DNA of 64,000 nt from a virus. Lineage: Duplodnaviria > Caudoviricetes. The notes beneath the pieces are model-generated. The model did no database searches. It was not told where the DNA came from and was given only the letters and a program-made list of their open reading frames with translations. Shown here one piece after another: positions 50,436-60,784 of the stretch. A program made the position numbers and the translations under genes. Where the stretch lies: the IMG/VR virus record IMGVR_UViG_3300025575_000011, positions 1-64,000 of that record; one strand, given 5' to 3'. Each line of letters begins with the position of its first letter. Positions within the stretch are counted from its first letter, which is position 1.

Positions 50436-50461
50436 TCCTGAGAAATCAGGGCTTTTCTTTT
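50433..50461 (+). terminator. intrinsic terminator
   Basis: agtcctgagaaatcagggct plus T-rich tail. Confidence 0.65.
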
Positions 50462-50467
50462 ACCTTT

Positions 50468-50569
50468 TTACATATATCCCATATTGTGAGCCATCACAAT
50501 TGCTGTAAACCCATATGCAATTGCTAGAACTATAATTATTGATAGTTTATTTTTAGTATTTGCTGTCAT
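50468..50569 (-). CDS. 33-aa single-TM peptide
   Basis: RBS aaggaggg; MTANTKNKLSIIIVLAIAYGFTAIVMAHNMGYM. Confidence 0.55.
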   Translation of the reverse strand: MTANTKNKLSIIIVLAIAYGFTAIVMAHNMGYM

Positions 50570-50719
50570 GTATTTTCCCTCCTTTTTGATTTTGTACTAT
50601 TATTATGTCCTTTATTTTAGTGTTTATTGAGCGAAATATATCCATAAAATCCCATGAATATAGACAATCAGCACTAGACTATATATGGGTATAAGGTAAA
50701 GTGAGGTGAGCTAATAAAG

Positions 50720-50962
50720 ATGTTAAGCAAAGTAGAAATTGATATTCTAATGCATCTGAAAAGTGAGGGATTAGTTGATGCTATGAACAGCAGAACCATT
50801 AAAAACGTCAGTATTTCAATTGATCTCAATCTCTTTCGTACACGCAATAATTTGTATCACTTGCAATTGTTAGGAATGGTTGGACTTGGATTTAAGGAGA
50901 TTCGGTCAAACACTTATTATTTGACACAGAAAGGGATTGATGAAATTGAGAAAATTGGGTGA
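50720..50962 (+). CDS. winged-helix DNA-binding protein
   Basis: EIDILMHL...TIKNVS...RNNLYHL..LGMV...YYLTQKG. Confidence 0.65.
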   Translation: MLSKVEIDILMHLKSEGLVDAMNSRTIKNVSISIDLNLFRTRNNLYHLQLLGMVGLGFKEIRSNTYYLTQKGIDEIEKIG

Positions 50963-51510
50963 TGTTTTAAAGATCAGAAGTAAAAGTAGTATTAGAGAAT
51001 CTAAAGAAGTTAAGAAGATCATTCCGAAACGATGCATCAAATGTAACAGTGAAAATATCATCGGTCATGGATTAGTAATTGGAATGGCTAAAATTAATTT
51101 AGATACTTTAGAAGTTGATGAATGCGGTGATGAATTTGAGATTTATGACGAAGAGAATTTAGAGTATCGGTGTGGCGATTGTGATTTTAGTTGGGAGTAA
51201 GGAGGGATTATCAATGACCAATTACACTGTTTTAAAACCTGAAAATGTTATCTTTAGTAGAGTAGAAAAACGTCTTAGAGGTAGAACTTATAATTGTGGA
51301 ATATGCGAAACCACAAGTCTTATTCTCACTGATAAATCCATTATCACAAAGGAAAATGATTCACAAATTATTCACGCTTTAAATTATTGTCCAATATGCG
51401 ATCAGAGATTTTCTATCAGAGTAGATTTAGAGGATAGTAGTGTATTTTTGATTAAGTTTCCTGATTGGGAAGATGACGATAATATTTATCCTAAGAGGAG
51501 AGTTGACTGA
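50937..51510 (+). CDS. two small Zn-ribbon hypothetical proteins (50937..51200 and 51214..51510)
   Basis: CIKC...CGDC and CGIC...CPIC. Confidence 0.5.
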
Positions 51511-51728
51511 TTAAATTTAAGGAGGATGAAATTATGACTACGAAAGAATTAAATGAACTAGATGGTGCTGAACTATTGAATGATTTTTATGCAAGAATTG
51601 ACAGACTTGCGATGATTAATCATTATTATGAGGATAATGGGATTGAAGTTCCTGAATGGATTGTTGATAAGAATATTGAGATGGTTGAAGTTTTTAAGAA
51701 ATTGGGAGTGTAAAGGAGAGGAAAAAAC

Positions 51729-52010
51729 ATGGAAGCAGAGTTTACAGACTTTAGAGAGAATACTAATTGGGTTAATGGAATAGTCGGAGACAACATTAGT
51801 TTCAGTGCTAAATTATACAATGAACCTTCAAAATATTGCTTAAATGGAGGAAGAGTCAGTAATATGTTTATGTACAAAGGTCATGTTTGTATCTTTAATT
51901 ACAATTATGATGATCATAGTGATGGTATTGAGATTAATGAAGAGAATGTGGAGTATTTTGAATGTGTTATGGAATTGTTAGAAAATAGTCCAGAAAGAGA
52001 TTTTGATTAG
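51729..52010 (+). CDS. hypothetical protein, paralog 1
   Basis: WVNG...FSAKLY..PSKY..NGGRVS; homologous to 52022..52291. Confidence 0.65.
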   Translation: MEAEFTDFRENTNWVNGIVGDNISFSAKLYNEPSKYCLNGGRVSNMFMYKGHVCIFNYNYDDHSDGIEINEENVEYFECVMELLENSPERDFD

Positions 52011-52021
52011 GAGGAATTGAT

Positions 52022-52291
52022 ATGGAAGCAATTTTCACAAGATTTGATAACGAAGACAATTGGGTTCAGGGTGAATGTGGCGGATTTAGTTTTGACGCTA
52101 AACTGTTCAATACTGGTTCAAAGTATGGAATTGATGGTGGAAGAATATCAAAATTATGCATTCAAAATCAATATGGAATGATGGCAAATTTTGATCGAGG
52201 ATGGGATATTGAACCTCCAGAGGAGCATATGGATTACTATTTAGCTATTGTTGATTTGTTGGAGAATAGTGATGTTAGGAATTTTGGGTAA
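52022..52291 (+). CDS. hypothetical protein, paralog 2
   Basis: WVQG...FDAKLF..GSKYGIDGGRISKL...NFDRGWD. Confidence 0.65.
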   Translation: MEAIFTRFDNEDNWVQGECGGFSFDAKLFNTGSKYGIDGGRISKLCIQNQYGMMANFDRGWDIEPPEEHMDYYLAIVDLLENSDVRNFG

Positions 52292-53407
52292 GGGTTAAGT
52301 TAGGATTAAAATTTGAGGAGGATGAGATTATGAATGTTTCACTATTGTTTCTTCTTAAAGTAGTTTTATATTCAGGTGCAATTATCATTGTTACCAAAGC
52401 AGTACGATATGTATATAAAGAGGAGGAAAGTTAATGAAAATCATTGGATTTTATCACAATCCTAAATTAATCAATAGTTGTAAGGTTGTAATTCCACAAG
52501 TTCTTAAAGGTTTAATGGTTATGGGATTCACTTTTACCTTTACAGATGACGCTGTATCACTATTAGCCCCTTATATTGATATTAATGGAATTTACCAATG
52601 TACTAATCATGGTGTGATTGATGGAAATTTAGTTAAACATCTATACCAAGCAGTAAATGATTCAATGTCGCATAATTTAATTAAGTAGAAGGGAGAAATT
52701 ATGCAAAATTTATTATTAGTTCTTAATATCACTTCATATGTAGTTTTGATCTTCTGTGGCATTCAAGCAATGAAATTTGTGTATGGGGTTCAAGCAATCA
52801 AAATTGTATATTCAATTTTCAAAAGTCAAAAATTATCTGTTAAATAAGAGGAGGAATTAGCGTGAGAAGGCTAATCAACAAAAAATTAGTAGTAAGTGCA
52901 ACATGTTTAGTTGGTGGATATTTAATAATGCAAATAAACGAGGGTGCTTATGTTGAATCATGGTTGTTTTACAAAATGGTTGCAGAGTTATTAGGGTTTG
53001 CAGTTTTTAGTATTGGACTAATTGGTGTCTTGGGGATTGGAGTTAAATCAGGGATTAAAGGATTGAAAGGTTAATTAAATTAAGAGGAGTGTGTAAATTA
53101 TGTATCAAGAAATTGCTCAGATTCTAGCCATAATTGCCATAACTATTGTAGGTATATATCCTCTATTATCAAAGAGAACTAAGCCTCCAATGTGGTATAT
53201 AAAAGGTACTTTAGGGATATCCGCAGTTTATACAATCGGAATAGTTGCCATTGTAAAACTAGGTTTAAACTAAAGAAAACCAAAAAAATACCCCTCAAAT
53301 GAGGGGATTGGGAAAAGGGTATAATCATTCTTAGATTTTCTTCACATACATGCGTATGCAAATAAATATGCGTGGGGTATCTAAATTATGCCAGTACGTT
53401 TAGTACT

Positions 53408-53503
53408 TTATTTCAAAAGACTTGATGCAATATTTGCCAATTGGATTACGCTATACCCTGTAATTCCTAAACCAGTTAAGATCATTCCAATTCCTAAAAA
53501 CAT
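53408..53503 (-). CDS. 31-aa hydrophobic peptide on the opposite strand
   Basis: RBS aagaagg; MFLGIGMILTGLGITGYSVIQLANIASSLLK. Confidence 0.45.
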   Translation of the reverse strand: MFLGIGMILTGLGITGYSVIQLANIASSLLK

Positions 53504-53767
53504 ATTAAAACCTTCTTTCAATTTTTATTTTATTTCTCTTTAGTCGGTTTTGAATTTCTTGCTTACGACCATAATTGTAGTATCACCCATTTCAAAAATT
53601 ATATACATGAAAGGAGAAAAAATTATGATGAAAACTTTAGAAACAATTTTAAACATTATTTCTTATGGGTTTTTAGTGACAATTGGGATTGTTATTATCA
53701 GAATTGGGATGAAGGTTACTGGATTTAAAATCTTCGGCAAGAGATAAAGTTTAAAGGAGGAATATAC

Positions 53768-53998
53768 ATGTTAGTTGAACCATTTCACACCAGTGTATAT
53801 CCCATATTAGTTCAAATAGCAATGGTGATGGTTTTGTACTCTGTGTGTGTTCTCGGCTACACGCAAATACGAAGACCAGACGTTGCTCAGATGGTAGAAA
53901 AATTAAGAGGGTTATTGTTCGGTTTTCTATTAGTTAAGTGTTCTTACCTTATTGTAATGTTTATTAATAACACTATTGATAAAATTGTAATTAAATGA
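53768..53998 (+). CDS. VirB2/TrbC pilin-like two-TM protein
   Basis: Two hydrophobic helices split by a basic loop (IRRPD...EKLRGLLFGFLLV). Confidence 0.35.
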   Translation: MLVEPFHTSVYPILVQIAMVMVLYSVCVLGYTQIRRPDVAQMVEKLRGLLFGFLLVKCSYLIVMFINNTIDKIVIK

Positions 53999-54509
53999 GG
54001 TGACATTTTATGGCTGGATTCTTTAGTGACATAACTGTAAATCCTTTTATTCCGAATCCCGCTTTTGCTAAACCAGAGGAAGCTAATTTTATAGAGAAAG
54101 GAATTTCTAATGGAATAGAAAAGGGGTTGGGGAACGTTGGTGACAAGGTTCTCCAAGCAGGAAAAGTTAAGACAGAATCAATGATGCACAATCTACCTGA
54201 AATTGCGACTCTAGCATTGGTTATGTATCTCATATATTTAGGGTATATGTCTTTCATTAGGAAGGATGGACGCAAAAGAGAAATTGATTTCTCAAGAATG
54301 TATGTAGTTTTTATGGTCTATATTGTCTTCAAGTTATTCTGGAAGGTAGTATTAAAAATCTAGTTCATTAAATTAAGAGGAGAGTGTTAATTATGATTAA
54401 AAATTTATTAAAAGGTTTAGGTTTATTGGCAATATTTTATGTAGGAATCTTAACCATAAATGGATTCTTAGAAAAGGTAATCACAAATATCAAATAAGGA
54501 GGATTTAAA

Positions 54510-56906
54510 ATGCAACAAAAAGCATTAATCAACTTTAGAAAAAGAGAGATCCTTCCAACAAAACTTAAAAGAGAAACCTTTGGATACAAAGCATACTCTA
54601 TTACGCCCTCTCGTTTTATCGAGAGTGGCGAGGCACTTAAACAAATCTTAGATACTGCAAGTGCAATTCATGAAGGAATGTTTAAATATGATTACCTTAA
54701 TAAATCATTTGTAATAAACCAATCAAGTCCTATTTATTATGAAGTTTTATATGAAGGCAAAAATATTTCATTCAATTATATCATACCCGATAAATATACA
54801 GAGGTATTAGTAAATAAAATTGATCGTGTATTTCGTGTGGCTGCGGTAAAGGAACTAGAAGAAGATTATTTCCATAATTTTGTAAATAAATATTATTGTA
54901 CTTTTGCACAGAAAAAACATTTTATGTTTTCATTAAATACTAATGCAGATGATAGTTTATTAGAAAATTTATTGTCAGTTATAAATTCAGTCCAACCTGA
55001 CGATAAAGTTTTACTTCAAGTTGCATTAAATCCCCTTAATGAAAAATGGAAAGAAGATTGGGCTAAAGCAAACATTAAACGTAAAAATGGGGAAGAACTG
55101 GCAGTTCATCCTAGTAAAGCAATTTCTGTTATTGAAAGCATAATGGGTACTGTTGAAAATGCTCTAGATTTAGTAGACATAATTGTTGGAGTAGATAAGA
55201 AAGAAAAAGAAGCATATTCAAAAAAGGAAAAGCAAATTGATAGTTGGGGAGGGAATATGTATCGCAATGCCAATCTGACAAAACAAAAGATAAATGGAAA
55301 TGGATTTGAATGTCAGATTAGACTTTATTGCACTAGTGAAGAAAGGACAAGATACTATCAAAAGATATTCTCAGGAGTTTTTAAGGTGTTGGATGCAGAG
55401 CAAGAGTTGGAATTTACTACAATAGGAAAACATAAGAGCAAGGATAGAGAATTTGAAGGGCATTTAACTAGTAAGAATGTATTTTCTACGAAAGAGATCA
55501 TGCCATTCTTGAGATTACCCAATCGCAAAATGCAGGGAGACTTCAAGGAGAGTATGAAAGCAATTCAAATTACTGAGGTTCCTATACCAGAGGAATTATT
55601 AAATGGAGAAATTCCTATAGGAGAAGCATCATATAAGGAAAATAAATTTATAGCTTATTGGAACACGAGAAACAAAGATATTGCTGCAATGCACAAAATA
55701 TTAGCTGGTATGCAAAGAGCAGGTAAAACAAACTACCTAATACACTTTGCAATAAAATCTATGAAAGCAGGTCAATCAGTTTTTGTAATTGACAGCATTA
55801 AAAATTGTGAACTAGCCGATGCAATAAGAGATCACCTGCCACCAGAATTCCATCATAAAATTATTGTATTGGATTATAGTAATCTAGACTATCTACTTTC
55901 ATTAGCATGGAGTGAACTCAGAAAACATCAAGGAGAAACAGACAAGAAGCACAGAATGATGTTAGCAAGTCAAATTGCAGGAAATCTTGAATCATTTATT
56001 GAGAGCGTTGGAGCAGGATCAGTTCAAGAGAAATTTAGTGCACGAATGAAACGATTCTTAGCATGTGCAGCAAAGCTAGTTTTATCACAAGAAGGAACGA
56101 ATATTAAAGATGTTTTAGATGTGCTTCAAGAGAGGGATATTAGAGATGAATTTATTGAAAGATCAGGTTTGCCTGAATCAAATATTATTGTTCAAGAATT
56201 AAGAAGATTAGACGACCCTAAAACTGAAGGGACAAGATATGATTTAATAGGAGGAATTATAGACAGAGCATCAATAATGACAAATGATTACCTTATGGAA
56301 TTGTTGCTTAGTGTAAAACCCAATGATGAGATTGACTTTAGATATTGGGCTGATAATGGATACTGTGTGTTAATTAAAGTTTCCGAACTTAAAGTAAGCA
56401 GAACTGCTCTAAGACCTTTGGTTTCATTTATCTATTCAAAATTATGGTTGAGTATGTTTTCTAGAGGAGAACAAAAAAGTCCTAGAATCACAAATGTAAT
56501 ACTTGATGAGATCCACAACTTCCCAGAGGTATGTAATATGATCAAGGGAAATTGTCGTGAATCGGCTAAATACGGATTAAGTTATGTTTTTACTAGCCAT
56601 ATGCTCACAGACCTTAAAGGATTGTTACCAATTATTAAAGGGTCTGGTGCTAGTTTTATGTTATTTAAAACCACTAAAGAGAATTTGAGGTTATTGGAAG
56701 AAGAATTAATGCAAGGTGGAATTACGATAGAAGAAGCTCTGGAACTTAAAAAATTCCACACTATTAACATCGTCAATTATGATAGGGAATATGCAGTATT
56801 TACAACGAAAGCACCTGATTTAATAGACAAGTGTTATAAACTCATTGATAGAAGTCATATAGATTTAGAATGTAGTATGAAATATGGGAGTCCTTTTGAA
56901 GATTAG
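54510..56906 (+). CDS. FtsK/HerA-superfamily P-loop ATPase (VirB4/coupling-protein-like)
   Basis: Walker A AGMQRAGKT, VFVID, Walker B VILDEIHNF, KYGL...TSH; long N-terminal domain; 798 aa. Confidence 0.75.
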   Translation: MQQKALINFRKREILPTKLKRETFGYKAYSITPSRFIESGEALKQILDTASAIHEGMFKYDYLNKSFVINQSSPIYYEVLYEGKNISFNYIIPDKYTEVLVNKIDRVFRVAAVKELEEDYFHNFVNKYYCTFAQKKHFMFSLNTNADDSLLENLLSVINSVQPDDKVLLQVALNPLNEKWKEDWAKANIKRKNGEELAVHPSKAISVIESIMGTVENALDLVDIIVGVDKKEKEAYSKKEKQIDSWGGNMYRNANLTKQKINGNGFECQIRLYCTSEERTRYYQKIFSGVFKVLDAEQELEFTTIGKHKSKDREFEGHLTSKNVFSTKEIMPFLRLPNRKMQGDFKESMKAIQITEVPIPEELLNGEIPIGEASYKENKFIAYWNTRNKDIAAMHKILAGMQRAGKTNYLIHFAIKSMKAGQSVFVIDSIKNCELADAIRDHLPPEFHHKIIVLDYSNLDYLLSLAWSELRKHQGETDKKHRMMLASQIAGNLESFIESVGAGSVQEKFSARMKRFLACAAKLVLSQEGTNIKDVLDVLQERDIRDEFIERSGLPESNIIVQELRRLDDPKTEGTRYDLIGGIIDRASIMTNDYLMELLLSVKPNDEIDFRYWADNGYCVLIKVSELKVSRTALRPLVSFIYSKLWLSMFSRGEQKSPRITNVILDEIHNFPEVCNMIKGNCRESAKYGLSYVFTSHMLTDLKGLLPIIKGSGASFMLFKTTKENLRLLEEELMQGGITIEEALELKKFHTINIVNYDREYAVFTTKAPDLIDKCYKLIDRSHIDLECSMKYGSPFED

Positions 56907-56917
56907 GAGGGAGTTAA

Positions 56918-57457
56918 ATGAAAAGTATTACGGATTTTCGTATTACTACAAATTGGCATGAGGTTGATAACTTTCATGCCTCTCCCCATTCAGGTTTAGA
57001 TTTGGCCTGTGTTACTGGGACAAAAATTTATTCCCAAGATTCAGGGACAATCTCTCTTACAATTGATCAATGGTTGGGTAATACTGTACGTTTAAAGCTC
57101 GATGATGGTAGGATTATAGTATATGGACACTTGAGTAAGATAAACGTCACACAAGGGCAACGTGTGGGTGTCAATGAACTTTTAGCTGAAACAGGAGGTG
57201 CTGTGGGCAGTCCAAACAGCGGAAGAACAACTGCTGAACATTTGCATGTGAGCGAGTACAGTTTTGATGGCACTACTTTAATTGACCCAACTAATTATCT
57301 ATTCCATCATGAGTTGGTTGCCCAAAGTAATTCAAGTCCATTTTTAGTCCCTACCATGCTTATTCTATTATTTATTATCTTTTTTAAGTTCCGAAAGTTT
57401 TTTATATATGGATTTGGAATATGTGCTATTCTAGGAATTATTTTTATCGCTTCATAA
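56918..57457 (+). CDS. M23 metallopeptidase with C-terminal membrane anchor
   Basis: HSGLD (HxxxD), YGHLS, HLH motif; hydrophobic C-terminus. Confidence 0.88.
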   Translation: MKSITDFRITTNWHEVDNFHASPHSGLDLACVTGTKIYSQDSGTISLTIDQWLGNTVRLKLDDGRIIVYGHLSKINVTQGQRVGVNELLAETGGAVGSPNSGRTTAEHLHVSEYSFDGTTLIDPTNYLFHHELVAQSNSSPFLVPTMLILLFIIFFKFRKFFIYGFGICAILGIIFIAS

Positions 57458-57483
57458 AATAAAATAAGGAGAGCGAATTAATT

Positions 57484-57723
57484 ATGTGGAAATTAGGACA
57501 AGATTATGATTGGAAAGGTAAATATGTTATCACAAAGAATGAATTTGGATTTAATGTTTATGATATTGAAAGTGATATGAATGTTTATGAAGATGGATTA
57601 TCTTATGTGGTAGCATTATATAGACAACAGAAATTGAATTGGATTGAAACATTATCTCTAGAAGAATGGCATAAGATATTTCATTTTATGAGTGGTGATT
57701 TATATAGGATTGCGACTGAATAA
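57484..57723 (+). CDS. hypothetical protein
   Basis: RBS aaggag. Confidence 0.55.
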   Translation: MWKLGQDYDWKGKYVITKNEFGFNVYDIESDMNVYEDGLSYVVALYRQQKLNWIETLSLEEWHKIFHFMSGDLYRIATE

Positions 57724-58124
57724 ATATAGAGGAGTAAAGTATTATTTATTAGTTATATGAGCATAATGAAATAAGGAGTGATTAGTTTGCTTCTTATTTC
57801 ATTTTAGGCGACAATTTGAAAGGTAGTGATATGGGTGGGATATATGAGTAATATATTTAAAGGAGTTAGGAGATTGACTGTAAGTAGAAGCCAAATGATT
57901 GATTATATAGGTGAACGGATGGAACATGTTGATGAAGAAATTATTGATCAGGTTTTGAGTGAGGAAAAGAATTTTCTTAGAGAGAAAAACATTATGTATT
58001 GAATTTTAACGTTTTAGGTCTATTTTATTTGATTTATGGATATTATTAATATATACTCAAAAGAAGGGACTTGATTTATATGGAATTAGTGCCAAAAATA
58101 GAATTTTTAATGGAGGGTATGAAC

Positions 58125-59438
58125 ATGAGTAGAAAGAATAAAGCACAAGAAGAAACTGCATCTAGTTCTGAAATGGAGAATGACAGTATTTGGGATAAAG
58201 GTACTAGGGATGGTTCAGAAGAACACGAGAACACTGAAGAAAATGCAATGCCTAAGTTAATGAGTTTGAGCGAAAAGACAAAAATGGAAGAGCAAGAAAC
58301 TGAATCAGATAGTCAAGAGAAAAATGAAAAACAATTAAAAGCAGAAGCAAAGTTAAAACGAGAAGAGAATAAAATGTTTAAGGAATTAACTAAACAAGAC
58401 AATAAAGAATGGGAATTTGAGAATGTTTATCCAGTTTATCGTAATGGAAAAATTCATAAATGGATGACTACTTTAACTTCTGAGAGGATTAATGATCTTT
58501 TCAAATCCGGGGTAATTTACTATGATTACGAGATCCAAAGAGGCTACCGTAAAAATATACAAGGAGAAAAGAGACCCCTTATAACAAACCGTCACGTAGA
58601 CGATATCTTAAAACCTATGCAATCTGGGAAAATTGCAGGAGGTGCTTTGACTTTCTGTTACTTTAAAGAGTATGAAGAAGAGTTGGAGTATAATGAGGAA
58701 GAAAATACTTTAAAAGTAAACAACAGATTAGCTGTGGTAGATGGTGGTCACAGGGTTTTCAGTTGCATCAAGATGGTCAAATTAAATAAAAAGGACAAAT
58801 CTAATCCAAATCCTGCATTATTTGAATATCCCGTGTTTTTAGAATTTTTGTCAAGGGAAGAAGCTATGGCATTGTTCAGTGAATACGCAAACGCAGGAAA
58901 GAAAATTGGGAAAAATAAAGCAGAAGCATTAAATGTTTTCGACCCTTCGCATGATATGGCAAAAGAAATTATTATTAATTCAGAACTACACAATAAGATA
59001 GAAACAATAAGTTCTAATCCTAAAGAAAACAATATCATGCTTTTTAGCACACTTATGAACGGTATTAGAATTTTTAAACCACAGACCCAAAAGGATTCAG
59101 ACCAAATTGTCGAATTCCTATCAAAGTTCTGGTCTGAATTGATTTATCTATTTAAAGATCAAATGGGTAATATGGAATTCAAACAGCGGAGGGAAATTCG
59201 GAAACAGACATTTTTGCTTGAACCGATGTTTCTTAATGGATTCTTCCATGTAGCTAAATATCTAATGGATAATCCTGAAAATTGGGTTGAGAAACTAAGT
59301 AAATTAAAAGATGATAAAATTTTCTTCTCAAGAGACAATAAACTTTGGCTAAATATTCTCAGAGAAGGTGGGAAGACAATCCACACAAGTCTTACGCAAA
59401 CCTTCGTAATTGATGAAATGGTCAATAAAGTAAAGTAA
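58125..59438 (+). CDS. second DGQHR/DndB-like (ParB-fold) protein with acidic N-terminal extension
   Basis: YDYEIQRG, LAVVDGGHRV, EAMALFSEYAN; start moved to ATG 58125. Confidence 0.7.
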   Translation: MSRKNKAQEETASSSEMENDSIWDKGTRDGSEEHENTEENAMPKLMSLSEKTKMEEQETESDSQEKNEKQLKAEAKLKREENKMFKELTKQDNKEWEFENVYPVYRNGKIHKWMTTLTSERINDLFKSGVIYYDYEIQRGYRKNIQGEKRPLITNRHVDDILKPMQSGKIAGGALTFCYFKEYEEELEYNEEENTLKVNNRLAVVDGGHRVFSCIKMVKLNKKDKSNPNPALFEYPVFLEFLSREEAMALFSEYANAGKKIGKNKAEALNVFDPSHDMAKEIIINSELHNKIETISSNPKENNIMLFSTLMNGIRIFKPQTQKDSDQIVEFLSKFWSELIYLFKDQMGNMEFKQRREIRKQTFLLEPMFLNGFFHVAKYLMDNPENWVEKLSKLKDDKIFFSRDNKLWLNILREGGKTIHTSLTQTFVIDEMVNKVK

Positions 59439-59452
59439 AAGGGATAAAAAAA

Positions 59453-59491
59453 AGAGTTATGCAGTCCATTTTAAGGATTGCATAACTCTTT
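59453..59491. terminator. bidirectional terminator between convergent genes
   Basis: aagagttatgcagtcc-atttt-aaggattgcataactctt with A and T tracts. Confidence 0.75.
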
Positions 59492-59529
59492 AGTATTCAC
59501 CTCGTATAGACGTTTAATTTACTATTTTA

Positions 59530-60612
59530 TCAAATTAGACATATCCATCCTTGAGCCCTTTTATATGTTACAATATTTTTAATAATAGCTTGTTTAACGG
59601 AATACATTATTGACAACTCTTCTAATGTGCAATTTTCATTCTCGTATTTATATCTTATTTCTGCAAGTTGTTCAGAAGTATATTTAACCCTTGTATCAAC
59701 AGGTTTTGATTTAATAGGTTTTGGCTTAATTATCTTTGGTTTATGTTTTACGACGACAACAATATCTTCGAACTCTCCATTATTATATCTTACTTTAAAT
59801 TCATCAAATTGATCAGGTGTATTATCATCTCCATAAATCTTGTGATACATACTATGTATGCTCTTTGATAAACAAACCCCTAAAGGATATTTGGCATGTA
59901 TCCTAATACTAACTTGTTTTAATAAATCTAATTCCTCATTTGTATATTCACCAATTATTGTATGGATAGGAAGGTTACATTCTTCAATTATTTCCTTTAA
60001 CATTTTATTAAATGAGTATAGATGGTGTATAGCGTGAAATCCATTGCCTGTAACTACACATTTATAATTACAGTCTGCCATTGAATCTTTCTTCCATTTA
60101 CCAATATATTCCCTTAGATAAGTATTTAAAAAAGATGTTCCTCCCTTCCAAGACGGAGCACCTTCACCAACTCTGTAATCCAAATAGCAATATAAACATC
60201 CTTCACCTTTCTTATTGTTTCCAAATATGAGGTTGTTTACTGATTTATGTTGAATAACATCTGGATGCTTTGGACAAATGTAGTCCATAAGGACTGAACA
60301 ATTAACATATACTTGCGGTAGCAAAGTTAGTCCTCTCTTTGCAAATTCCTCAAATGCTATTTCATATGTATATTTTCTATATTTTCTAAATAATTCACAT
60401 CCTATATATACAAGAAATTCATTATATGTTGTTACATCTAAACTAGAACAATTATTTATGAACCAGTGAACTTGAGGCAATCCAAAATCGTGTCTATTCA
60501 ACTCGGTAGATGTTAAAGTTTTCCCTAATTCCTTACATGCCTTTTTAAAATCTACTACATATTCTTCATATGGTTTTATAGGTTTGAATTGTTGTGATCT
60601 AGACATTAACAA
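59530..60612 (-). CDS. HNH-type homing-endonuclease-like protein
   Basis: YICPKHP, GAPSWKGG (NUMOD3-like), CVVTG...IHHL...GVCL...H..YHKIYG. Confidence 0.7.
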   Translation of the reverse strand: MLMSRSQQFKPIKPYEEYVVDFKKACKELGKTLTSTELNRHDFGLPQVHWFINNCSSLDVTTYNEFLVYIGCELFRKYRKYTYEIAFEEFAKRGLTLLPQVYVNCSVLMDYICPKHPDVIQHKSVNNLIFGNNKKGEGCLYCYLDYRVGEGAPSWKGGTSFLNTYLREYIGKWKKDSMADCNYKCVVTGNGFHAIHHLYSFNKMLKEIIEECNLPIHTIIGEYTNEELDLLKQVSIRIHAKYPLGVCLSKSIHSMYHKIYGDDNTPDQFDEFKVRYNNGEFEDIVVVVKHKPKIIKPKPIKSKPVDTRVKYTSEQLAEIRYKYENENCTLEELSIMYSVKQAIIKNIVTYKRAQGWICLI

Positions 60613-60627
60613 ACATCTCGCTTTCTT

Positions 60628-60714
60628 TTACTCGCCTAAAATATAAAAAATCAACAGAAACGAGACGCGAGTTGTCTCTAATAATGGAGGATCAATCCAT
60701 TACCTTCTGTTGAT
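60628..60714 (-). ncRNA. candidate cis-regulatory three-way-junction RNA in the HNH gene leader
   Basis: P1 atcaacagaa/ttctgttgat (10 bp) encloses a 7-bp and a 5-bp hairpin; loop actcgc matches downstream gcgagt. Confidence 0.4.
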
Positions 60715-60784
60715 AAAAATTACATAATAAAAAGAAGGGTAAAATACCCTCCTTAAAACTAAACTATATGTATAATATTATATA

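Larger units (their letters stand above)
52330..54497 (+). other. array of small hydrophobic (1-2 TM) proteins
   Basis: 52330..52434, 52434..52688, 52701..52847, 52862..53074, 53100..53273, 53625..53747, 53768..53998, 54010..54363, 54393..54497; most have a strong SD, 52434 is start-stop coupled. Confidence 0.7.

Noticed and set aside
52330-57457. Canonical conjugative T4SS or ICE
   Set aside because: No relaxase, oriT or VirB6/TcpH-type genes were recognised; kept as an unexplained module instead.
903-59438. Phosphorothioate (dnd) modification system
   Set aside because: Only DndB-like domains are present; no DndA, C, D, E or Ssp genes were recognised.
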